40,882 nt of DNA, taken from contig LRSL01000082.1 in NCBI GenBank assembly GCA_001563335.1, positions 1 through 40,882 on the forward strand, in the 5' to 3' direction. Numbering within the stretch: position 1 is the first letter of the stretch; every line of letters begins with the position of its first letter. The DNA is from Candidatus Thorarchaeota archaeon SMTZ1-45. GTDB lineage: Archaea; Asgardarchaeota; Thorarchaeia; Thorarchaeales; Thorarchaeaceae. Position numbers and translations under genes: made by a program. Positions 18,462-27,009 of the stretch are shown here, in pieces. The notes below the pieces were generated by a model that searched no databases, was not told where the DNA came from, and worked only from the letters and a program-made list of their open reading frames with translations.

Positions 18462-19203
18462 GATAATTTCAATTCATAGCTTTAGAGGCGGTACTGGGAA
18501 GTCAAACATAGCAGCAAATTTAGCTGCTGCAGCAGCATTGGATGGGAAACGAGTGGCTGTTATGGACACAGATATGGCATCACCCGGAATCCATGTTATC
18601 TTTGGATTGGGGCGGGAGAAGATGAAGTATACTCTTAATGACTACCTCAGAGGGTCCTGTGATATCACTGATGCTTGTATAGACCTCACTGAAAGACTGA
18701 GCATTAAAAGAGGCAAGCTATTCCTAATTCCAAGCTCAATGGCAGCAACTGATATCACAAGAATACTTCGAGAGGGCTATGAGGTTGGAGATCTCAAGAA
18801 AGGATTTACGGATGTCATCAAGAAAAAAGATTTGGATTACTTAATCATCGATACACATCCAGGATTAGATAGAGAAACACTACTCTCGATGGCTACTGCG
18901 GATTACTTGTTCGTTGTTGCCAGAATTGATGAACAAGATTTACTGGGTACAGCTGCAACACTTAGTGTTGCTAGAAAGCTGCAGGTGCCAGATATTAGGA
19001 TAATTATTAACAAGAAGCCAGGAATTTATGAGAATAAGGCAATCATCTCAGAGGTTGAACAGAAATTCAAGACAACTGTAGCAACAATCATCCCATTACT
19101 TCCACTTCTCATAGAAGCAGGAAGTCGATATGTTGTGACTCTTAGACATCCAGATAGTGAATTCACAAAGAACATAGATGAAATATATCGTTTAATGAAA
19201 TGA
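18451..19203 (+). CDS. MinD/ParA-family (SIMIBI) ATPase
   Basis: Deviant Walker A HSFRGGTGKSN, VAVMDTD, YLIIDTHPGL, IINK; start overlaps the upstream gene by 11 bp. Confidence 0.9.
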   Translation: MSGKIISIHSFRGGTGKSNIAANLAAAAALDGKRVAVMDTDMASPGIHVIFGLGREKMKYTLNDYLRGSCDITDACIDLTERLSIKRGKLFLIPSSMAATDITRILREGYEVGDLKKGFTDVIKKKDLDYLIIDTHPGLDRETLLSMATADYLFVVARIDEQDLLGTAATLSVARKLQVPDIRIIINKKPGIYENKAIISEVEQKFKTTVATIIPLLPLLIEAGSRYVVTLRHPDSEFTKNIDEIYRLMK

Positions 19204-19219
19204 TGAGCTGCTATTTCCA

Positions 19220-19336
19220 TCATCCTATGATTCTTGGAATGTAGATAATAGCCAAAGCTAGAAGAAGGAGTATCAGACACACAACTAGGATAAGTGGAAG
19301 AAGCATATCGGATGATGTGTCATTATCGGTACCCAA
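19220..19336 (-). CDS. Small single-TM protein, 38 aa (not in ORF track)
   Basis: TTG start after GAGTGA; MGTDNDTSSDMLLPLILVVCLILLLLALAIIYIPRIIG*; fills the intergenic gap. Confidence 0.5.
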   Translation of the reverse strand: MGTDNDTSSDMLLPLILVVCLILLLLALAIIYIPRIIG

Positions 19337-19449
19337 TGTAGTTCACTCTGTTCATAATATACTGATGAAGCTATATCAAATTGGTCCTAAGCAAAACACT
19401 TCTATCTGATTTTTATACAGACCTGCAATTATCCTGAGGTGTGTCTTGA

Positions 19450-19899
19450 ATGGAAATCGATGTTAGACTAGCAACAGCACAAGACAGATCTTTAATTGAA
19501 GAGTTCTATGTCCGTGAAGGAAAGAATTTCCAGCAATTAATACATCATTCAGCAGCCACTCCGGTCGGCGCGAGTAGTGAAACTATGTTTGTTATAGCTG
19601 TCATCAGAGGAATGGTTGTTGCAGCACTTAAACTCGACATTGCAAGAGACCCAGCAGTGGGACGTATAGGATTCATTCGACACTTTGAAATCGAAGATGA
19701 ACTTGAAAAAACAGACCTCGGAAGTAAAATGCTGGAGAAAACCAATGAGATTGCAGTTGAAAAAGGTCTTAGAGCACTGGATGCGGTGTTTGATGTGTCT
19801 AGAGCTGACCTTTTCGACCTATACGAAGAATCTGGTTTCAGGGAAGAACGCAAAGAAGTATACCTTCGTAAGGACTTCCGACCAGGTGTCTTCGAATAG
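19450..19899 (+). CDS. GNAT-family N-acetyltransferase
   Basis: VRLATAQD start, LEKTDLGSKML acetyl-CoA loop variant, LYEESGF motif. Confidence 0.8.
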   Translation: MEIDVRLATAQDRSLIEEFYVREGKNFQQLIHHSAATPVGASSETMFVIAVIRGMVVAALKLDIARDPAVGRIGFIRHFEIEDELEKTDLGSKMLEKTNEIAVEKGLRALDAVFDVSRADLFDLYEESGFREERKEVYLRKDFRPGVFE

Positions 19900-19903
19900 T
19901 ATT

Positions 19904-21736
19904 CTATTTAACTAGTTGTCTCAATCCAAGTTTCTTAATGGTTTCCTTGGTGGGAATGCCATCAATACTCCAACCTCTAAGTTCATAGTATGAGTCAAGA
20001 CTCCGTTCAAAATCATCCCTAGTGATAAATGATGCCATGCCTTTTGAAGGTCCAATTGTTTCGTGTTCCCAAAATCGTGAGGGCAAGATGTCATCGCTAC
20101 GTGATATTCCCTCGTTGATATTGAATAGCCGAATGAGAGTTTCAACCCGCTGACCAAATTTCGAAACCTTATCATCATCATAGTTGAGTCCTGTTGCACT
20201 ATTTAACATCTGTATCTTCTCATCTCTTGTCAACGGAAAGTGCCATGTAAAATGACAAACAACCAATGAGTCTGTGAGAATCTTTGTATCTCTTTCAACA
20301 ACCATCGATTCGATCACATCAAGAGCTGATTTATCGGGTTTTTCAGTTGTCTGCGGCCATCCTCGAAGATGACTTGCTCCAACATCTGCTGTTGCATAAG
20401 AAAGGCCCAAACCTCTTCGTCCTCTTGGGTCCCATGCTGCAGTTTCCAAACCCTTCACATGTACCGCGAGTTTATCGCAATCACGACCTAGTTCCTGCGC
20501 AGCAATCCGAACTCCTTTTGCTAGCACCTCTCCAAACCCTTTCTTGAATGCAATCATCCTCATTAATTCTAAGGCCGCTTTGCCATCACCAAATCGAAGA
20601 GGGAATCCAATCTCATGTTCCTCAAGAATACCGCTTTCATATGCGTCCATAGCAAATCCTATTGAAGAACCTGCACTAATTGTATCAAGCCCTAAATCAT
20701 CTGCTAAGTATGCTAATTGAAAAACAGATTGAGCATCGCTGATTCCAAGATTTCCTCCACATAGTCCAAAGGTTTCATACTCAGGAGTGACTTCAACCTC
20801 TGTTTCAGGATTACTGGGATCTAGGGTCTTGTAAGAGTGTGTACATCGAATAATACAATGAGGACACGAAAGATGGTTGCCAATAATCCATTTTTTCATT
20901 TGGTCAGGTGTTAAAGACTCATATCCTTCAAAATAGGTATTCCGCCAATTCCGAGTTGGAAATTGACCCCGTTCATTTGCAACTTCAACAAGTGTAGCTG
21001 TCCCATAATCTTTGAAGTCATAATCAACTTTATCGTTCCATTTTTTCGTTACTGCTTTTCGAATTTCACTAAAGGCACTAGAATCAGCCACACTCAATTT
21101 TCGAGTTCCTTTGACGACGATACCTTTGAGATTCTTCGAGCCAAGAACTGCGCCAACTCCTCCGCGGCCTGTTTGATGTGCGAACTCACAACAACCTGTT
21201 GCAGTTAAGACCAAATTCTCACCTGCGGGACCTATTACATAGACAGCAGAGTCCTTTGGTGAACTCTCATGAAGTAATCGAGTTGTTTCTTGAGTGCCTT
21301 TACCCCAAAGATGTTGAGCATCTGCAAAACTCACATCATCATCTTCAACTAATATTGTGATAGGTGTATCTGATTTCCCTGTAACAGCTAAGGCATCATA
21401 TCCAGAGTTTTTAATCTCACGACCTAAGGGTCCTCCACAATGGGAGTCCAGGAACAATCCAGTTAGAGGAGACTTTGTCACCAGTGTCCATCTTCCAATC
21501 ATTACTGTTGGTAAACCTTGAAGTGGACCGGTCACAAAGAAAAGTATGTTATCAGGACTAAGAGGATCTATGCCTTTACTGAGGTGCCGATATAGCAAAT
21601 ATGCACCAAGTCCTTTCCCTCCAATAAAATTGGCATATACTTCTGATGGAATTTGTTCAACATTTGATTTTTTCTGAGTCAAATCAATCCATAGTATCAT
21701 ACCATTCCATGCAGCCATCATAAGACCAATCCTCAC
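19904..21736 (-). CDS. aor: Tungsten-containing aldehyde:ferredoxin oxidoreductase family
   Basis: FIGGKGLG, KSPLTG, IGPAGEN, GRGGVGAVLGSKNLK, CPHCIIRC, DDLGLDTISAG, DPRG, YYELRGW. Start probably ATG near 21721. Confidence 0.93.
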   Translation of the reverse strand: MRIGLMMAAWNGMILWIDLTQKKSNVEQIPSEVYANFIGGKGLGAYLLYRHLSKGIDPLSPDNILFFVTGPLQGLPTVMIGRWTLVTKSPLTGLFLDSHCGGPLGREIKNSGYDALAVTGKSDTPITILVEDDDVSFADAQHLWGKGTQETTRLLHESSPKDSAVYVIGPAGENLVLTATGCCEFAHQTGRGGVGAVLGSKNLKGIVVKGTRKLSVADSSAFSEIRKAVTKKWNDKVDYDFKDYGTATLVEVANERGQFPTRNWRNTYFEGYESLTPDQMKKWIIGNHLSCPHCIIRCTHSYKTLDPSNPETEVEVTPEYETFGLCGGNLGISDAQSVFQLAYLADDLGLDTISAGSSIGFAMDAYESGILEEHEIGFPLRFGDGKAALELMRMIAFKKGFGEVLAKGVRIAAQELGRDCDKLAVHVKGLETAAWDPRGRRGLGLSYATADVGASHLRGWPQTTEKPDKSALDVIESMVVERDTKILTDSLVVCHFTWHFPLTRDEKIQMLNSATGLNYDDDKVSKFGQRVETLIRLFNINEGISRSDDILPSRFWEHETIGPSKGMASFITRDDFERSLDSYYELRGWSIDGIPTKETIKKLGLRQLVK

Positions 21737-21746
21737 ATATCAACAC

Positions 21747-21896
21747 TTATTGAATCTCGACTACAGTTATCTTGTCTAGTTTGACACCACGAAGATTAGA
21801 TAGAATTGCCATAAGTACATCACTAAGCACACTTGCAACAAAATCATTCATTTCTATGCGGTTCCCTTCCACATAGAGTTCAAATTCGGAGCCCAT
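21747..21896 (-). CDS. 49-aa protein resembling the C-terminal domain of archaeal MobB-type proteins (not in ORF track)
   Basis: AGGTGG RBS; MGSEFELYVEGNRIEMNDFVASVLSDVLMAILSNLRGVKLDKITVVEIQ*; directly upstream of and co-oriented with aor. Confidence 0.65.
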   Translation of the reverse strand: MGSEFELYVEGNRIEMNDFVASVLSDVLMAILSNLRGVKLDKITVVEIQ

Positions 21897-22020
21897 ATTT
21901 TGACCACCTTTGCAGAATTGCTAAGATGATGGAAGTATTAAGTCTTACAGAGAAGCACTGTCCGATACGCATTTATACCCCCCTTATTCGTATCGTGCGA
22001 CTGATGGTGACCGTCACCAA

Positions 22021-23973
22021 GTGAGGAATTCAGAAATGGCCGAAATGAGTTTAGTAACTTCTGAAATTGAAACAATGGGTCAACCAAGTGATAAATTAGG
22101 AAAAATAGCTGCTCTTGGGAATATCTTTGGTGTGATTGCAGCTGTTTTTGGTCTTATTATAGGGAAAACTTTAGTCCCAATTTCAGCGCTTGAATATCAA
22201 GTTGTATCTGTTTCACCATTTGGATGGGTATTTGGAGGGGACTCCATGTATTCCATCTATATAGCAGTATTCATGGCATTGATGGCCATTTCTCTATTGT
22301 TTCAAGCTATTGGTTCCAAAAACCTTAGGAACTTCCTAGGATCAGGACTAATGAATATTATATGGATAGGGTTTGTTGTCGCTGCCGCAGCTGCTTTTCT
22401 CATACCGACATCATTTCTTGGAGTTGTTGCTGAATCACTCATTCAGGGTTTCCTAACTCAAACCTATTTCCTAGGCGGGTTCTTCGTAATTGCTTGGCAG
22501 CTATTAGCATCCATATACACAGATGCTAGTAAAACATGGATCGGATTTCTTGCAGGTACACTCAATTCATTATTTATCCCATTACTGGCAATAGGTCAAG
22601 CGATCAGTCCAATTCTTATCTATGCAGCTTATGCAATACTATTGATAGGTCAACTATTTAGTTTTCTATTTTGGCAGGCTTCATTTGATTCAATTCGAGA
22701 GTATGCAAGAAGCACAGAGAAAGCAAAATTAGCGTTCACACTATCTGGAGCCTTAACATTTGCATTGGGTCTAACTGCAATATTCTTTGGGCCTCTAGGA
22801 AATGAACGTGGTATTGATGTCTGGAAACCATGGAGCACTATGGCAAATGAAACAACATTTCAGACAAGTCCAGCGCTTATTTTTGGATTACTGTCCTTAA
22901 TGCTGTACTGGGTGATACTTGCACCACGGCTAGGTGCAAGAGAGCTCAAAGCTGCAGCAATTGGCGAGGACATCATTAAGGGTGGAACTAAATGGTTCTT
23001 GCTTTTCCTAGCATCATTTGGACTATTAGCAGCAGGTCAAGCGGGAGCATTCACCGAAGATGCAGCAGTTTGGGGATTCTTTTTATCATTAACTCCAGCT
23101 GGTATAATGTTCTTAGTTGGAGCTGCATATACTGCAAAAACAGACATAATAACAGGAATTCCATTGGTGATTGCTTCAGTATTTATCATTGTACATCCCT
23201 TTATTCTTCTTCCACTTGTTATCATCCCGTGGATAGCGGTTATCATCACACAGTTCTTCTTGGTAGCTGAATCTTTAATACGAGGACTAACTGGTTTCTC
23301 GCAAGGGGCACTGACAGTTGTTGTGAGTCTTGTAGCATCAGCAGCTGTTATTATCTTCATGATAGGGGGCTTTGGTAGTGGACCACTCGCTCTATGGCCA
23401 ACAAACAGATGGTTCAACATCACTCTTATTCCAGGGATTCCTGCAGCCGTTCAAGGACCAGCCATCATCATATTGCCTTTACTTGCGCTTTTAATAAGAA
23501 ATGTATCACTTGCTGGCTATTCTTATGGTAGAGGTTATGCAACTGGCGGGCTCCTCGTTGGCATGAGTGTATTTTTTGCATTTATGATTCCAGTAATTGC
23601 TGAAAATGAAAGTATCGGACATGAAGCAAATACAGGAGCAGCTCTATTGCTCGCGTTATACTCGATAAGTGTCGTACTAGTGTTGTCGCTTAATCTTAGT
23701 CTTGCAAATGATGTTGAAGATACAGGTCGCAGATTTGAAGGAACGTTAATAAAAGTGACAAGTATTGCAGGAATTCTAGCAGCAGCAGCAGTAGTGATTC
23801 TCGCATTGATTGTCTTTGCAGGAATGCCAACTCCTGAGCAAATAGCTTTGATGATATCAATCATGGTCACATTTGTCGTTAGCACGGAGATATTCTCTAT
23901 AATTAACTGGCTAATAGCTGGTATACGGTTAGGAATGCTACGAGAAGGATTTAGATTCTCAAGACTAGAGTAG
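22021..23973 (+). CDS. Large polytopic membrane protein of unknown function
   Basis: 650 aa, almost entirely hydrophobic helices; no recognised motif. Confidence 0.75.
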   Translation: MRNSEMAEMSLVTSEIETMGQPSDKLGKIAALGNIFGVIAAVFGLIIGKTLVPISALEYQVVSVSPFGWVFGGDSMYSIYIAVFMALMAISLLFQAIGSKNLRNFLGSGLMNIIWIGFVVAAAAAFLIPTSFLGVVAESLIQGFLTQTYFLGGFFVIAWQLLASIYTDASKTWIGFLAGTLNSLFIPLLAIGQAISPILIYAAYAILLIGQLFSFLFWQASFDSIREYARSTEKAKLAFTLSGALTFALGLTAIFFGPLGNERGIDVWKPWSTMANETTFQTSPALIFGLLSLMLYWVILAPRLGARELKAAAIGEDIIKGGTKWFLLFLASFGLLAAGQAGAFTEDAAVWGFFLSLTPAGIMFLVGAAYTAKTDIITGIPLVIASVFIIVHPFILLPLVIIPWIAVIITQFFLVAESLIRGLTGFSQGALTVVVSLVASAAVIIFMIGGFGSGPLALWPTNRWFNITLIPGIPAAVQGPAIIILPLLALLIRNVSLAGYSYGRGYATGGLLVGMSVFFAFMIPVIAENESIGHEANTGAALLLALYSISVVLVLSLNLSLANDVEDTGRRFEGTLIKVTSIAGILAAAAVVILALIVFAGMPTPEQIALMISIMVTFVVSTEIFSIINWLIAGIRLGMLREGFRFSRLE

Positions 23974-23984
23974 AGTGACAACCT

Positions 23985-24734
23985 TTGGCTCCCAATGTGA
24001 TGGGTATTACAACACGACCAAGAGGAGCTATTGCTTCATTTCTTCTAGTTCATGGATTTTGTGCATCATCCGATGAACTAGGAACCTTGGGAAAATATCT
24101 CGCGGATAATGGTCATGCATCATTTGCAGTACAATTAGCTGGACATGGAACAACTCCTGAGGACTTGAAAGCCACATCTTGGCGAGATTGGCTTGAATCA
24201 GCTCGGAAAGGATTAAACATAATTCAGTCTTGGGGATCAAAATATATCTTCGTGGTTGGTTTTTCTATGGGAGGATTACTCTCTATACTTCTCTCTTCTG
24301 AAGAGAAGGATATTGATGGATTGATATTGATTGCTCCAGCTTTAAAGATATCAGGATTCACTCCTAAACTCGTACCAATTCTAAAATATCTAATTAAGTA
24401 TAGAGAGATTGATGTTGAAGCAGTACAACGCGTCTATGATGTAAAGAGAACCAAGTATGAGAGAGAACCAGTTTCGGCTTATCAAGAGTTCTTCAGGCTG
24501 CAGAAGGTAGCTAGGAAAAGAATGATGAACGTCACCATCCCGACCATAATATTACAGGGAGAAGAGGACAAATCAATTGACAAAACAAGTGGTCGAATGG
24601 CGCTCAATGGTATTTCATCAGAGAAAAAAGAACTGCAGATGATAACAGGTGCAGAACATGTGATTAGCTGTCATCCAACAAGAACTGTCGCGTATCCACT
24701 CATTCTTGATTTCGTTGAGAGAGTTATGGACTAG
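23985..24734 (+). CDS. Alpha/beta hydrolase (carboxylesterase/monoacylglycerol lipase-like)
   Basis: LLVHGF, LAGHGT, GFSMGG nucleophile elbow, QGEED acid, AEHVI His. Confidence 0.9.
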   Translation: MAPNVMGITTRPRGAIASFLLVHGFCASSDELGTLGKYLADNGHASFAVQLAGHGTTPEDLKATSWRDWLESARKGLNIIQSWGSKYIFVVGFSMGGLLSILLSSEEKDIDGLILIAPALKISGFTPKLVPILKYLIKYREIDVEAVQRVYDVKRTKYEREPVSAYQEFFRLQKVARKRMMNVTIPTIILQGEEDKSIDKTSGRMALNGISSEKKELQMITGAEHVISCHPTRTVAYPLILDFVERVMD

Positions 24735-25444
24735 GCATCAATACGAAAAACATTGGTTACTCTGTCGGGGTAATCAGTTATCAAACCATCAACATCCATT
24801 TTTAGAAGTTGTTTCATCAAGTTCTGATCATTTACTGTCCAAGGGTATATCCTAAGATTAGCCTTGTGCGCACTATGTACAAGATCTGGAGTGACCAATT
24901 TGTAATGTGGATTGATAGCTTGGACCTTGTAATCCAATGCAAAAGAAACTAGCCCATTCTTTTGTTTGTTTACCAACATAGCTGTTTCGACAGTTTCATT
25001 CAGATCCCTGATTGTTACAAGAGTGCTATGAAAAAAGGATGAAATTATTATGTCTTTCATCATTTGGAGATTTTCTACCATACCAAGGACTTTCTGCTCA
25101 ACTCCAATCACCTTTAGTTCGATGTTGACATGAAGTTTTCCAGAAGCAAATTTTAGAACATCATCCAAACGTGGGATACATTCACCTTCACCTGCATCCA
25201 GATTTTGTAATTCTTTGTATGTTAGGGCATGAACTTCACCAGATCCATTAGTAGTTCGATCAACTGTTGAATCATGGATACAAATTAATTCACCATCAAG
25301 AGATTCACGTACATCAAGTTCAATCATCTGTGCACCTAAATCCAATGCCTTTCTGAATGATAGTAGAGTATTCTCTGGTGCATGACCTGATGCGCCTCGG
25401 TGCGCGATGATGATCTTTTTGACCATTAGCACGAATTCCCTCAA
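24731..25444 (-). CDS. Glycerophosphodiester phosphodiesterase
   Basis: IAHRGASGHAPENT, IELDV, IHDSTVDRTT, NIELK, WTVN, GLITDYP. Confidence 0.95.
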   Translation of the reverse strand: MREFVLMVKKIIIAHRGASGHAPENTLLSFRKALDLGAQMIELDVRESLDGELICIHDSTVDRTTNGSGEVHALTYKELQNLDAGEGECIPRLDDVLKFASGKLHVNIELKVIGVEQKVLGMVENLQMMKDIIISSFFHSTLVTIRDLNETVETAMLVNKQKNGLVSFALDYKVQAINPHYKLVTPDLVHSAHKANLRIYPWTVNDQNLMKQLLKMDVDGLITDYPDRVTNVFRIDA

Positions 25445-25472
25445 TTTTTCCTAGTGGTATATCAATTTTCTA

Positions 25473-25769
25473 TTAATCATCCGGACGAGCAAGCCCAGTT
25501 CCTCCACATCGAGGACATATTCCCATTTCTTCTCCAGTTTTAATTTTGCCTGTGCCTTGACAGTAGTAACACTCGTCTCTTGGAACATCAAGTGATCTAT
25601 CAGCACCTCTGGCAAAAGCTGCTCCAACCCCAACTAACACAACTGAAAGGAACATGATGAAAAGTGACAGTATGTAAAGACCATCTATCGGTAGGAAAAA
25701 GAACAATGTAATGAAAAAAAGAATTACTCCAATTATGACAAGTGGTATGCCAATCTTTTTTCTAGCCAT
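25473..25769 (-). CDS. Small 2-TM protein with DnaJ-type zinc-finger motifs
   Basis: Two TM helices followed by CYYCQGTG and CPRCGGTG. Confidence 0.75.
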   Translation of the reverse strand: MARKKIGIPLVIIGVILFFITLFFFLPIDGLYILSLFIMFLSVVLVGVGAAFARGADRSLDVPRDECYYCQGTGKIKTGEEMGICPRCGGTGLARPDD

Positions 25770-25889
25770 GGTAAATACCCTTCATAGTGGATTGACAAAT
25801 TGCTCTATTGTCTGCTTTATAATTTGTGGCTGATTTTCTTATCCCGATTAGGAATAATACAAATAGGGGGATGCTAATGATTAAATCAA

Positions 25890-26015
25890 ATGAAGAAATT
25901 TCTCAAAGTCCTAGTCTTAGTAATTGTCATCGGACTTGTTGTGTTTCTAGGAATTCATTACCTCCTTAGCGGTCAACTTCCGTTACAGCTGTGTACAAAC
26001 TGTCATGGAGCTTAG
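25890..26015 (+). CDS. 41-aa membrane-anchored peptide ending in CxxCH (not in ORF track)
   Basis: MKKFLKVLVLVIVIGLVVFLGIHYLLSGQLPLQLCTNCHGA*; basic N-terminus, hydrophobic helix, CTNCH. Confidence 0.55.
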   Translation: MKKFLKVLVLVIVIGLVVFLGIHYLLSGQLPLQLCTNCHGA

Positions 26016-26070
26016 ATATTCCAAGTGATTAATCACACGAAATGATAATAGAGTGCGATGAAGCTAGTAG

Positions 26071-27009
26071 TTGTTCATCGGAGATATGAAGATGTCAAGA
26101 ACAGACCTCTTTGCAAAATATACACAGATCTATGCAAAAGCACGTGCTAAGGAGATTGTCCCAGATGGAACGTTCGTGCGGCAATTACTTGATGTTCCGA
26201 GAAGGTCTTATGATGTTGGAGTATTCTTCAAATCAAAGAGGAGTAGTAGGATTGTTCAAGTTCATCTAGGGGATCCAATCCCCACTGAAGTTGCCACTCA
26301 AGATGGATTTCTTGAAACAGAAGAAGCTACCTACCTGAGCCGTTCCATTCTTTCAAAATTCAAAACGATTGATTTTCTCAGAGTCGTGATATCTGCTGGA
26401 GAGGTCTTGACAAAAAAGGAAGAACGAGTTGAATTCCTAAAAGTTGCCCAACGTATATTGGATGTCATATTGAAGAAAGCACGAAACATATTACACGTAG
26501 GAGAGTTGGACCTATTTCATTTTGATTTATCAGTCCGCACCTTGGATGAATACCTGAACAAGGAATTGAAACTAGATGAGGTTTCTGTTGAAGCTGCATC
26601 AATTCCATTCAATGTAGCCGGACCAGAATACATTCTTCTTGCAGATGGGTCAATGATAGTTGTTGGTGATGAACCGCGGGTTCCTCAATGTGAGTTTTAT
26701 CTTGTTGGAGGAATTGGATATAGATTCGACAAGACTGAAGGTGCCATTAGTGAGGAACGATTGTTTAGATCAACCGCGGATTTGACACCTCAAGGTATTG
26801 ATGAAGCATATATAGATGGAATGATTCAAAGGGTCACAGAAGATTTCCAAAATAAACTGCATTCATTGATATTTGCTGATGTCTGGAAAAAGGGAAAGTC
26901 TGGACCAGTGGGAGTGAATTTCGGAGGAGATTTACTAGTTAAGGCTGAACCAAGTAGCGATATCTGGATAGGTGTCTTTGAGGTCTATGTTAAGTCACCT
27001 AAAACATAA
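26071..27009 (+). CDS. Hypothetical soluble protein
   Basis: 312-aa ORF with normal composition; no motif recognised. Confidence 0.65.
   Translation: MFIGDMKMSRTDLFAKYTQIYAKARAKEIVPDGTFVRQLLDVPRRSYDVGVFFKSKRSSRIVQVHLGDPIPTEVATQDGFLETEEATYLSRSILSKFKTIDFLRVVISAGEVLTKKEERVEFLKVAQRILDVILKKARNILHVGELDLFHFDLSVRTLDEYLNKELKLDEVSVEAASIPFNVAGPEYILLADGSMIVVGDEPRVPQCEFYLVGGIGYRFDKTEGAISEERLFRSTADLTPQGIDEAYIDGMIQRVTEDFQNKLHSLIFADVWKKGKSGPVGVNFGGDLLVKAEPSSDIWIGVFEVYVKSPKT

Noticed and set aside
18451-19203. ParA as a marker of a plasmid or integrated element
   Set aside because: No parB, integrase, replication gene or att repeats are seen, and the flanks are housekeeping metabolic genes
21833-22024. 63-aa plus-strand ORF in the aor upstream region
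   Set aside because: Overlaps the better-supported minus-strand 49-aa ORF and the divergent promoter; no RBS or motif
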